Source: an uncultured bacterium
Lineage (GTDB): Bacteria; Bacillota; Clostridia; Lachnospirales; Lachnospiraceae
DNA length: 64,000 nucleotides
Assembly: GCA_905214925.1 (NCBI GenBank)
Contig: CAJMOB010000004.1
Coordinates: forward strand, 5,829-69,828
Reading direction: 5' to 3'
Part shown: positions 19,462 through 28,915 of the stretch, piece by piece
Layout: each line of letters begins with the position of its first letter
Numbering within the stretch: position 1 is the stretch's first letter
The notes under the pieces: generated by a model
The model's database searches: none
Told to the model about the DNA's origin: nothing
Seen by the model: only the letters and a program-made list of their open reading frames with translations
Program-made: the position numbers and the translations under genes

Positions 19462-20271
19462 TCAGCCTTTTAATCCACTTTGTGCAATTCCTTCTTCAAA
19501 TCGAGATTGCATGAACAAATAGACAAGAAACGGTGGTAAAAACGTAATGACCGCACACGCCATAGAAAGACCAACATCGGTATCATATTGTGTCTTTAAT
19601 GTGGTTAAGGCCACTGGCAGTGTTCGCATCTCTTCCTTTGTTGTGACAATTAAAGGCCATGTAAAACTATTCCAAGCACCAATAAAAGCGAAAATTCCAA
19701 CGGTTAATAATGCAGATTTAATCAGCGGTAAAATCATTTTCACTAAAATAGCAAGTTCTCTTGCTCCATCCATTCTAGCCGATTCAATGACTTCCATTGG
19801 AACTGCCAATATGGCTTGTCTTACAATAAATACTCCAAGTGCTGATGGAAGTGGTAAAATTAAAGCCCAAAAGGTATTAATCATATCCATTCCTCTTACA
19901 ACCGTATACATTTGGATTAAAATCGCCTCTCCTGGCACAAACATTGTAAGGGTAACTAATACAAAAAGGAATTGACTCCCTTTAAATCGTAATCTTGCAA
20001 ACGCATATCCTGCTAGACAGCTCGTAATTAAAGTTAAAATTACTCCTGCTACCGATACAAACAAACTGTTCATAAAATAGCGAAAGATTTCTGGTTTGCT
20101 AAAAATCGTCTTATAATGTTCGAGTGTTATTTCACTGAGAGAAAAATGAAAATCATACGCATTTAATGTGCTTTTAAATGACATGAAAAACATATAAGCA
20201 AACGGCAGGATACAAATTAAAATAATGAGTAATAGTAGAATTACTTCGATTCCATTCCATACTTTCTTCAT
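19462..20271 (-). CDS. Carbohydrate ABC transporter permease
   Basis: 269 aa, EAA loop IESARMDGARELAILVKMILP. Confidence 0.85.
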   Translation of the reverse strand: MKKVWNGIEVILLLLIILICILPFAYMFFMSFKSTLNAYDFHFSLSEITLEHYKTIFSKPEIFRYFMNSLFVSVAGVILTLITSCLAGYAFARLRFKGSQFLFVLVTLTMFVPGEAILIQMYTVVRGMDMINTFWALILPLPSALGVFIVRQAILAVPMEVIESARMDGARELAILVKMILPLIKSALLTVGIFAFIGAWNSFTWPLIVTTKEEMRTLPVALTTLKTQYDTDVGLSMACAVITFLPPFLVYLFMQSRFEEGIAQSGLKG

Positions 20272-20280
20272 TGTGCCCTC

Positions 20281-21201
20281 CTATAATTCCGATGTTTCTT
20301 TTTTCATCAATCCTCGCTGTAATAACATAATTCCAACGACAACAAGGAAAAATACATTGGATATTGCCATAGCATATCCTGCTTTTCCACTCTTAAATGT
20401 TAAATCATATAAATACATAACGAGGGTAGTTGTAGACATAGAAGGCCCACCACCTGTCATTGTATAAACTAAATCAAAAATTTGCATTCCACTGGCAACG
20501 GCAAGAAAGAAATTTAAGATAATGGCTGGCTTTAACATTGGAAGTGTAATTTTCGTAAACAGATAAAATCCATTGGCACCATCCATTTTTGCTGCCTCAT
20601 AATAATGATCCGAAATGGATAAAACGGAGGATAACATTAAAATCATATAATATCCCATGCTTTTCCAAACCACAATACAAGCAACGGTAATCAGTGCTGT
20701 TGTACTACTACCTAACAACATATTTGGCTCTATTCCAAACAGATGGAAAAACTTTTGAACAAGCGCATTATTTCCATTTAAAATAGCTTTCCAAACGGTT
20801 CCTACGACAGCACTTGATGATAATACTGGAATAAAAATAGCTGCTTTTGCTAATTTTCCAAGTATTGTATTTCTTCTCTTGGCAATAAGCGTTGCAAAAC
20901 AAGTAGATAACACGATCTGCGCTGGCACAACGAAAATAATTAAAATCACTGTTGTTTTCACCGCTTGATGAAGTTTTGTATCACCTAGCATTTTTTTATA
21001 ATTGTAAAGCCCTCCCCATTCTGGAACTCCAATTAAATTATATTTTGTAAAACTATAACGAATTCCAATAAAAAGGGAAACTCCAACAAAAACAAATAAA
21101 ATAGCTAATATAGGAAAAATATAAGCATATGGTCTAACAGTTCTCCCTATCTTTTGTGCCTTCTGCAATTTTTGCATTTTTTGTTTGTTTTCTATTTTCA
21201 T
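20281..21201 (-). CDS. Carbohydrate ABC transporter permease
   Basis: 306 aa, EAA loop YEAAKMDGANGFYLFTKITLP. Confidence 0.85.
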   Translation of the reverse strand: MKIENKQKMQKLQKAQKIGRTVRPYAYIFPILAILFVFVGVSLFIGIRYSFTKYNLIGVPEWGGLYNYKKMLGDTKLHQAVKTTVILIIFVVPAQIVLSTCFATLIAKRRNTILGKLAKAAIFIPVLSSSAVVGTVWKAILNGNNALVQKFFHLFGIEPNMLLGSSTTALITVACIVVWKSMGYYMILMLSSVLSISDHYYEAAKMDGANGFYLFTKITLPMLKPAIILNFFLAVASGMQIFDLVYTMTGGGPSMSTTTLVMYLYDLTFKSGKAGYAMAISNVFFLVVVGIMLLQRGLMKKETSEL

Positions 21202-22496
21202 GAGTCATACTCTTCCCAATATTCATCTAAGACACCATTTGCATAGTCTGCGGCATCTTTTAACGCCTGTTTTACTTCTTTTTTCCCTTCCATAACTGCT
21301 TGAATTTCAGAAGCATAGTTTTCTAAAATTTCACTTCCAGAAGGTCCTACTTGTACACCTCTCCATTTGTCTTTATCTTCAGTTACAATGCGTTCCATTT
21401 CTGGTTCTCCTGCATAAGCTTCTGACGCTGTAAGAGGTGCTCCTGGTGCGATTTTATGATATTCTGTCATAAATTCAGATCCACAAATATATTTGATTAA
21501 CTTCATCGCTAATTCTTTATGTTTACTGCTAGACATAATAGAGAGACAATCAGAAGCTCCAAATGTTCCATATTGTTCTCCTTTTAAAGAAGTAACATAT
21601 CCCCAATTTAAATCTGGGTAACTCTCAGAAAATTTAGCTTGTTGATTTTGAGTGGAACGTGCTACACCAAAGGCAGCTTTTCCCTGTCCAAAAATAGTGG
21701 AAAATGCATCTGTTCCAGCAAGAGATAATACATTTTCTGGCATATAATCTTTTAAAGATTTGAAGAATTCAATTGCCTTTACACCACTTTCATCATCAAA
21801 GCGAACACTCTTATAATCATCATTATAAATATCGCCACCTGCTTGCCATAATAAACTATAAATATAAGCATTTAACATATAGAGATTACTCATATCTCCA
21901 CTGTTTAAACCAACAGCATATCCATATTGATCGATTTTTCCATCACCATCCGTATCTTTTGTGGCTTCTTTTGCAATTCTTGCAAAATCTTCCCATGTTT
22001 CAGGAGCTTTTTCTCCGAGATCTTCTAAAATATCTTTATTATAGAATAATACAAATGGAACTCCTGTCATAATTGGCATTCCATAAAGTCCACCCATCAT
22101 CTCACCTTTATCAAGATAGAGATATTCTTTATAATCATCTTTTGTTAAATAACTGCTTAATTCTTCAATTGCACCAGAGGCTATGTAATTTGCATACATT
22201 TCTGCATAAAAATATCCAATATCTGGGCTCTCGCCTCCACTTAATGCAACACTCCATTTTTCTGTGTAAGTATCCCAAGGAATTAATTCAATATCAACCT
22301 CACAATTATTTTCTTCTTCAAAATTTTCTAATAGCTTTCCAAAATTTCCTTTTGTGTCACTATCAAGAGGAGGCATCCACATCGTAAGTGTTGTTTTTCC
22401 ATCTTTACTCGTATCTTTCGCTGCATTTCCACACCCTGCTAATGCCCCAACAGCCATAGTAAGACAAAGAGCGATACTCATTAGTTTTTTTCTCAT
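21198..22496 (-). CDS. Sugar ABC transporter substrate-binding lipoprotein
   Basis: 432 aa with lipobox LAGCGN. Family-1 SBP. Confidence 0.85.
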   Translation of the reverse strand: MRKKLMSIALCLTMAVGALAGCGNAAKDTSKDGKTTLTMWMPPLDSDTKGNFGKLLENFEEENNCEVDIELIPWDTYTEKWSVALSGGESPDIGYFYAEMYANYIASGAIEELSSYLTKDDYKEYLYLDKGEMMGGLYGMPIMTGVPFVLFYNKDILEDLGEKAPETWEDFARIAKEATKDTDGDGKIDQYGYAVGLNSGDMSNLYMLNAYIYSLLWQAGGDIYNDDYKSVRFDDESGVKAIEFFKSLKDYMPENVLSLAGTDAFSTIFGQGKAAFGVARSTQNQQAKFSESYPDLNWGYVTSLKGEQYGTFGASDCLSIMSSSKHKELAMKLIKYICGSEFMTEYHKIAPGAPLTASEAYAGEPEMERIVTEDKDKWRGVQVGPSGSEILENYASEIQAVMEGKKEVKQALKDAADYANGVLDEYWEEYDS

Positions 22497-22699
22497 ATTA
22501 TTTTTCTCCTTCTAAAAATATAGTATGTCTTAACTCAATAAGAACATTGTGTTTCTTTCACACTACATATAACAAAAAATTATTTTAATAAGTCCTTTTC
22601 CATCGGATCTTGTCATATCCTACTATTTTTGTCAAGATGTAAATTCAATTTTTTACGAAAAATATATTACAAATTTTATTTTAAACATGGAAATTTTTG

Positions 22700-22969
22700 T
22701 TACCATTTTTTCTTTACATCCGCACAATGCCTTACTTTCAATGCACATCGAAGCTCCACAAAACATCCACAGGCTCGACACATTCCATTCATTATTTTTT
22801 CACATTGTCCACAAATACGCAAGCGACGCTCATATTCTGCTTGGGATACCCGAACCTCTTCCTCTAAATTGGCAATATACTGTTCTAAATTAATCCAATA
22901 CTCTTCTTCATCCCCCTCTCTTAGTAAGCATTTTTTACAAACTCTTAATGTTTCTTTTCTGTTATTCAT
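22700..22969 (-). CDS. Small Cys-rich protein of unknown function (putative Zn-binding)
   Basis: 89 aa. AGGGAGG RBS 8 nt upstream of the ATG. Cys pattern CxxC (CKKC) ... CxxC (CGQC) ... CxxCxC (CRACGC) ... C ... C. I do not recognise the family with confidence. Confidence 0.55.
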   Translation of the reverse strand: MNNRKETLRVCKKCLLREGDEEEYWINLEQYIANLEEEVRVSQAEYERRLRICGQCEKIMNGMCRACGCFVELRCALKVRHCADVKKKW

Positions 22970-23007
22970 CGAAAAACGCCTCCCTATTCTACTTCACTCA
23001 TTGTCTT

Positions 23008-23098
23008 ATCATAACGTACAAAATGTGCTTTTTATTTCATAGGAAATTGGTACTTTCATAAATGAATGCAACAAGGTCTTTCCTATAACATAAAAAAA
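23008..23098. repeat. Small palindromic repeat element, copy 3 (diverged)
   Basis: The right arm tcctataacataaaaaaa (23081-23098) is identical to 46382-46398. The left arm tttttatttcatagga (23029-23044) pairs with 2 mismatches. The loop is longer, about 36 nt. Confidence 0.5.
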
Positions 23099-23135
23099 TA
23101 GCTCATACTCATTTTATAAGTGCGAGCTATTTTTT
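23092..23135. terminator. Intrinsic terminator after the ArsR-type regulator gene
   Basis: aaaaaaATAGCTCatactcattttataagtgcGAGCTATttttt: a 7-bp stem with flanking A and T runs. Lies 16 nt after the stop at 23151. Confidence 0.6.
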
Positions 23136-23150
23136 GTATTTAGAAACTCT

Positions 23151-24077
23151 TCATGGTTTCATAGGACTATATTTGATTCTAACGGCAATATTTTGATTAT
23201 AGTTACCGAAGTTTTTACCAAAAATCGTAACACCACCTATGTTTTTTGCATCTTCACGAACTTGAATTTTAAATCGAATCGAACTTTTGTAATTTAAGGA
23301 AAAATGTGTGATATCTACATCAGAAATCTTTAATCCATCAATAAATGTTCCTTCTTTATTGATAACTAACATTTTTAAAAGACCATATTGATTCCAGTTT
23401 GGGAACCACCAATCTGGTGTAAAAATACCTCGTACATCTCCATAATCTCCTGGACTCGTCCATGTACCAATTTCTTCGTCATTTAAGTGGAATGTAATAT
23501 CAGAAGGCCAATCGTTGTTGATTCCTGGTGCTTCACTGCTGATTTCCAAAGAAATGGTAATCTGATCGATTTTTTGTGAGACTGGCAGAAGATTCGGAAT
23601 AATATATTCCACATATCCTTTTGTAAACCAAATAATCTGTGCATTTACTCGTTCTGGACTAGCAAAATAGCGTGGATCATCCACTTCTCCAATCATCGCA
23701 TCTCTTGTGGCGATTCCACAAGTTGGAAATACTCGATAATCCGAATAATGCCCAATAGGAACTTCCGTTGTGTAGATCTCTTCTTTTTCTTCTTGATTAT
23801 CAACCGCTAATTCAAACAAAATTTTATCCACATCTACACGACAAACCTTTTGATTTCCATGTCCTGTATATTCTGGTATAATTTTTACAATACCGCTATC
23901 CTCTAACTTTTTAATATGATTTGTTAATGCTCCATTCGTAATTCCAAGGCTAGATGCGATTTCATTCATATTCATTTCTCGATTCTCTAAGAGAAGTTTA
24001 ATAATATTTACCCTAACTTCTGAACCAAGAGCTTTAAAAATCTTTAGTCCTTCTGCTAGATTCCTAATGTGCAACAT
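23151..24077 (-). CDS. ArsR-type HTH regulator with an uncharacterised C-terminal domain of about 200 aa
   Basis: The N-terminal winged helix is ..FKALGSEVRVNIIKLLLENREMNMNEIASSLGITNGALTNHIKKLEDSGIV.. The remaining roughly 210 aa are beta-rich (..WPSDITFHLNDEEIGTWTSPGDYG..) and I do not recognise a family. Confidence 0.7.
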   Translation of the reverse strand: MLHIRNLAEGLKIFKALGSEVRVNIIKLLLENREMNMNEIASSLGITNGALTNHIKKLEDSGIVKIIPEYTGHGNQKVCRVDVDKILFELAVDNQEEKEEIYTTEVPIGHYSDYRVFPTCGIATRDAMIGEVDDPRYFASPERVNAQIIWFTKGYVEYIIPNLLPVSQKIDQITISLEISSEAPGINNDWPSDITFHLNDEEIGTWTSPGDYGDVRGIFTPDWWFPNWNQYGLLKMLVINKEGTFIDGLKISDVDITHFSLNYKSSIRFKIQVREDAKNIGGVTIFGKNFGNYNQNIAVRIKYSPMKP

Positions 24078-24117
24078 ACTTCTATCCCCATACCTTTTCT
24101 TAAATTTGACTATGAAT

Positions 24118-25437
24118 TTAGTCTATCACAAGTTTCCCCCAGTATGCAATACCTGTTTCGTAAAATCCTGTCACACAAAGGTTCTCTCGATTTCGTTCAA
24201 AATCATAACACCGATGCAAAATTCCTTTTTTTAATATTTCATCATCCTTTTTTAAAAAAACTCTTTTGGAATGCACCTGTTCATTTTTCTTTTGTTCAAA
24301 TGATAAAATCTCCCACTCCCCTTCTGCTTTCTCTACAGAAACGCTCTCATTCACTTCTCCTTTATAAGGCTCAGGACTGAGCAATGGCCAGCCATCCTGA
24401 AAGAACATTCTTCGGATCATCATAAAATGGACTTGATAACTATTTCTTTCTTCTTTCTCATCATAGGTTTGATAAATTTTGGCACCATCTCGAATATGAT
24501 GAACAAAAAAATAATTTTTCGTCACTGGGTCAAAATAAGGAACCCCATGGCCAGGGCCTCGAAAACCTCCCCATCTCCATAAACTCGCCCCTGCAATTTT
24601 ATCTTCCCATTTTTTCTCCATTTCAAACTGATAACTTCCCGCTAATTTTCTTCCAAAGCTTTCCTCTACTAAGTCCTTCCCTTGTTCATCTACATAAGGC
24701 CCTGTCACCACTTGACTTCGCCCAACTCTGATATCATAAGTATCACCAAGCCAGCCATAGGATAAAAATAAATAAAAATATCCTCTCTCTTTTACATAGC
24801 AGACAGAAGCTCCTTCTGGGCCATCTAGCTTTTCGTTATTGGGCTTTCTGGCAATACATTTTCCAAGTTCTTTCGGATTTCCACTCTTTGGCATCCCTGT
24901 CTTTGCATCTAATTCTTTTATATAAATTCCTCCAAAAAAAGAGCCATAGACAAGCCATGGTACGCCTTTATCCCAAATGATATGGGCATCGATAGCATTT
25001 GGCGTGTTTCCACTTAAGTTCCAAGAATCCATTACAACACCTCGGTTTTCAAATGGTCCTTTTGGGTTATCTGCAATTGCAAGCCAAATCTTTGACTCAT
25101 CACTTCCAAACATTTTGGTCGCAGAATAATACATTCGGTATTCCCCATTTGCATATTCTACATAAGGTGCCCAAAAATTAAATGTTTTTGGATATTCTTT
25201 ATTATCTCTTGCTTCTTCTATGGCTTCTTTGGATAAAACAGTTCCTTCATATTGAAATTGAACAAGATCTTTGGATACCCGAAGGGGAATCCCTCTTTTT
25301 TCACTTAAACCATTCTGTGGCATAAAAACATCGGTACTATAAGAATAATGCATTTTTGTAATCGGATCCCACATCATAGAAGGATCATGGGATCCGAACA
25401 TTGGATTCCTTCTCACATCGCAATCATTTAATTTCAC
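24118..25437 (-). CDS. GH43 glycoside hydrolase (arabinanase/arabinofuranosidase-like) with a C-terminal extra domain
   Basis: Five-bladed-propeller motifs (..HDPSMMWDP.., ..FWAPYV.., ..AIDAHIIWD.., ..EGASVCY..). The start is uncertain. GTG 25437 has GGAGGGG 7 nt upstream, the track start is GTG 25464, and ATG 25401 is also possible. Confidence 0.75.
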   Translation of the reverse strand: MKLNDCDVRRNPMFGSHDPSMMWDPITKMHYSYSTDVFMPQNGLSEKRGIPLRVSKDLVQFQYEGTVLSKEAIEEARDNKEYPKTFNFWAPYVEYANGEYRMYYSATKMFGSDESKIWLAIADNPKGPFENRGVVMDSWNLSGNTPNAIDAHIIWDKGVPWLVYGSFFGGIYIKELDAKTGMPKSGNPKELGKCIARKPNNEKLDGPEGASVCYVKERGYFYLFLSYGWLGDTYDIRVGRSQVVTGPYVDEQGKDLVEESFGRKLAGSYQFEMEKKWEDKIAGASLWRWGGFRGPGHGVPYFDPVTKNYFFVHHIRDGAKIYQTYDEKEERNSYQVHFMMIRRMFFQDGWPLLSPEPYKGEVNESVSVEKAEGEWEILSFEQKKNEQVHSKRVFLKKDDEILKKGILHRCYDFERNRENLCVTGFYETGIAYWGKLVID

Positions 25438-25531
25438 TTGTAATCCCCTCCACTTCAATTCCACTTATCATTCATCTACGATTCATTCACGTCCCTTGCT
25501 TTTCCTACTATCCTCTCACCCACTCGTTTCA

Positions 25532-26398
25532 TTAACCTTTTACCCCTGATACAACCATAGACTCGATAATAAATCTCTGGAAGAAAAAGAACAAAAGAAG
25601 TGTTGGAATAATAGAAATAACAGAAGCTGCCATAATTAATGGATAATCGCTTTGAACTGCATAATAGGAGTTAAAAGAGCGAATAACAACTTGTAATGTA
25701 AACCATTTTTCATTTTGTATAAAGATGGTTGGCGCTAAATAGTCATTCCAAATTCCCATAAACCATAAAATAATCTGTGTCATCAATGGTCCTTTCATAA
25801 GGGGAAGGAAAATACTATAATACATTCTAAAATATCCGCAACCATCAATTTTTGCTGCTTCTGCCAACGCATTTGGAATACTTGTTAAGTTTTGTCTTAA
25901 AAAGAAAATAATGCTGACATTTCCAAACAATCCTGGAATAATTAATGGTAATAATCCGTTTGTCCATCCAAGTTTTGTAAACATAACATACTGAGGAATC
26001 ATAACAACGGCAAATGGAATCATCATCGTAGATAACAACGCCATAAACGCTCCATTTTTCCCACGAAATTGTAATTTGCTAAAAGAAAATGCCGCTAAGG
26101 AAGAAGTAAATCCTCCAACTAATAACACTGGAAATGCCACCGTTAACGTATTTCGAATACCTCTTAAAAATTCTCCCTTTTGTAACACTTCTGTATATTT
26201 TCCAAATTTCCAAGGATCGGGAATGACAGAAAAATTCGCAGATAAAATCTGATTCTTCGTCATAAAGGAACTCAATACCATATAAATAAGAGGAAAAAGC
26301 ATACAAATTGCACCAAGTGCCAATAGCAAAAATACAATGCCATCGATGACTTTCACCTTTGTTGATTTTTGTTCTGTCATTTCATATTGTTTTGCCAT
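25532..26398 (-). CDS. Carbohydrate ABC transporter permease
   Basis: 288 aa, EAA loop AEAAKIDGCGYFRMYYSIFLP. Confidence 0.85.
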   Translation of the reverse strand: MAKQYEMTEQKSTKVKVIDGIVFLLLALGAICMLFPLIYMVLSSFMTKNQILSANFSVIPDPWKFGKYTEVLQKGEFLRGIRNTLTVAFPVLLVGGFTSSLAAFSFSKLQFRGKNGAFMALLSTMMIPFAVVMIPQYVMFTKLGWTNGLLPLIIPGLFGNVSIIFFLRQNLTSIPNALAEAAKIDGCGYFRMYYSIFLPLMKGPLMTQIILWFMGIWNDYLAPTIFIQNEKWFTLQVVIRSFNSYYAVQSDYPLIMAASVISIIPTLLLFFFFQRFIIESMVVSGVKG

Positions 26399-26410
26399 GC
26401 TCTCCCCTCC

Positions 26411-27328
26411 TTACTCAATTGTCTTAACCCATTTTTCTTGGCATTTAAAGTTAATGGCTGTTACAATGAAAATAAAAATACATAATAAAAATGCAATTGC
26501 AGAACCATATCCCATCTGCTGATGTTTAAATGCTTTGTCATATAAATAATAGACTACCGTAGCTGCACTATAATTAATGCCACCATCTGGCACCATAACC
26601 TGTACTTCTACAAATACTTGGAATCCACCGATAATTCCCATAACTAATAAGTAAAAAGTAACGGGTGACACAAGCGGAACTGTAATCTTTCGAAATAGTT
26701 GCCAACCATTGGCGCCATCAATTCTTGCTGCTTCGTAATAATCTCTTGGAATACTTTGTAATCCAGATAAATAAAGGATAATCGAACTACCAAGTCCTTT
26801 CCATACCATAAAAATAATCATGGATACTTTTACCCAAAATTCATCTCCTAACCAGTTTGGACCATGTTGTCCTGTTAACGCTTTAATAATGGTATTCAAT
26901 AAGCCATAATCATAGTTAAATACCCATGCCCAAAGAATGGATACTGCCACTAAAGAGGATACGACTGGCACATAGTACATGGTTCTTAATACTTTTATCC
27001 CTCTTATTTTACGGTTCATACCAACCGCACAAACAAGGGCTAATATCATTCCTGTTGGGATTCCTATCATATAAATAATCGTATTCAAAAGCGCTTTCCA
27101 AAACTTCTCATCTTGCAATAAATTTGCATAGTTTCGAAATCCTACAAAGTGTTCCAACATATTATTGGTACCCGTCCATGTTGTCATACTGGCAATAAAG
27201 GCATATACGATTGGAAATGCCATAAAGAGACAAAATCCAATAAAAGGTGGCGCCACAAACAGTCGTCCATAGCGTTCTTCTTTTAATGCTGCTGCGCTTA
27301 ATTTCTTTTTTGATTGTTTCAAAGCCAT
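26411..27328 (-). CDS. Carbohydrate ABC transporter permease
   Basis: 305 aa, EAA loop YEAARIDGANGWQLFRKITVP. Confidence 0.85.
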   Translation of the reverse strand: MALKQSKKKLSAAALKEERYGRLFVAPPFIGFCLFMAFPIVYAFIASMTTWTGTNNMLEHFVGFRNYANLLQDEKFWKALLNTIIYMIGIPTGMILALVCAVGMNRKIRGIKVLRTMYYVPVVSSLVAVSILWAWVFNYDYGLLNTIIKALTGQHGPNWLGDEFWVKVSMIIFMVWKGLGSSIILYLSGLQSIPRDYYEAARIDGANGWQLFRKITVPLVSPVTFYLLVMGIIGGFQVFVEVQVMVPDGGINYSAATVVYYLYDKAFKHQQMGYGSAIAFLLCIFIFIVTAINFKCQEKWVKTIE

Positions 27329-27418
27329 TTCACACCTCCATATGTAAGAACGGCTGATGTATCAAGTTCATCAGCCATTCTATATGACATAGGATATTAT
27401 CCTATGCAGAGTTTTCTC

Positions 27419-28813
27419 CTATTCGGCATCTGCCCAAGCAGTATCTAATGCTTCTTGCATCTTAGGCTGTAATTTCGCTACATAATCATCAACGGATTCT
27501 TCACCTTTTTTCACATTTGCAAGACCTTCCCAGAAGATATCAAGCCATTCTGTATTTGGTGTATAAGTTGTTTCCATCATTCTTCCGCTAAATTTATCGG
27601 TTCCATTCATATAGTTAAAGAATACATCTACATTAGAAGGATATTTTACTGTTCCATCTTTTACTGCTTCAATAAATTCATTTTCTGCATAACTTTGGAT
27701 ATTTGGAAGCTGAATGGATTCTCCACCAGATACTCCTGATAATTCTTTTTGACCTTCTAAGTCTGTACTTAAGAATGAAATTAATTTTAAGGCTTCTGCT
27801 TTATTTTCACTCTTATCAGAAATACAGAAACCAACCGTTCCATTCCATGTACAAGAAACTCCTGTTGATAATGTTGGGAATCCACATAAATCCCATTCAT
27901 AAGGGAATGTCTCTTTATCCATAAATGCACCAACATCCCAAGTACCGCAAGCATAGAACGCTTCTTGGCCAGCTAACCATCTTTGATATACACCTAAAGA
28001 AGCATCTTGTTCTACCGTAGGTGTTACTTTATATTTTAAAGTGAGGTCAACATATTTTTGAAGCGCCTCTTTAAACTCTGGTGTGTCAATTGTAACGGTT
28101 TTATAATCATCGCTTAAGAAGCTTGCCCCATTAGACCAAATATATTGGTATAACATAAACGTATCAGCAGCTCCACAACCCCATTGATCGATTTCCCCAT
28201 CACCATCGGTATCTTTTGTTAACTTCTGACAAACTTCTACGAATTCTTCATATGTATATGGATTTTCTGGATCGGGATACTCTAAACCAGCTTCATCAAA
28301 TAAGTCTTTATTATAAGCATAGGCAAATGTAGAACCGTCTTTTGGAAGTGCGTATAAATCCCCACTGCCCGTTTGACTTCCATCATAACGATAACTATCC
28401 AATACATTTTGATACATATCATCGGTTGAAATATTATTTTCTTCTAATAGTGGTGTTAAATTTGCTACATACCCATTTTTTACATAATCAGCAACTGCAT
28501 CAGGTCCTACATAAAATACATCGGGCATATCTCCTGATGTCATCATTCCTGTTAACGTTGTGGCGTATTCATCCTGTGTCGTAACCTGAAATTCAATGTT
28601 CCCAATCGTGTCTTTATTTGCTTCTTTAAATTCATCGATCATTTTTTGATAGACAGCTTTTTCATGATCTTGCATATAAACAAAAACTTTTAAATTTGCT
28701 TTTCCATCTTTTGTCTTACTAGAATTTCCGCTTCCTCCACATCCTGTTAACGCGGTAGAACAAGCCAAGACTCCTGTTAACATCAATGCCATAAATTTGT
28801 TTCTGATTCTCAT
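27419..28813 (-). CDS. Sugar ABC transporter substrate-binding lipoprotein
   Basis: Start moved to ATG 28813, which has GGAGGA 7 nt upstream. This gives MRIRNKFMALMLTGVLACSTALTGCGG (signal peptide + lipobox). Confidence 0.85.
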   Translation of the reverse strand: MRIRNKFMALMLTGVLACSTALTGCGGSGNSSKTKDGKANLKVFVYMQDHEKAVYQKMIDEFKEANKDTIGNIEFQVTTQDEYATTLTGMMTSGDMPDVFYVGPDAVADYVKNGYVANLTPLLEENNISTDDMYQNVLDSYRYDGSQTGSGDLYALPKDGSTFAYAYNKDLFDEAGLEYPDPENPYTYEEFVEVCQKLTKDTDGDGEIDQWGCGAADTFMLYQYIWSNGASFLSDDYKTVTIDTPEFKEALQKYVDLTLKYKVTPTVEQDASLGVYQRWLAGQEAFYACGTWDVGAFMDKETFPYEWDLCGFPTLSTGVSCTWNGTVGFCISDKSENKAEALKLISFLSTDLEGQKELSGVSGGESIQLPNIQSYAENEFIEAVKDGTVKYPSNVDVFFNYMNGTDKFSGRMMETTYTPNTEWLDIFWEGLANVKKGEESVDDYVAKLQPKMQEALDTAWADAE

Positions 28814-28915
28814 ACTCTTCTCCTCCTTGAGTATCATTAATGGTTATTCAGTTAAAAATCTATTATAACATATGTGTTATAATCTCTCTTCGTTTTTAAC
28901 GATAAGAAGTAAAAT

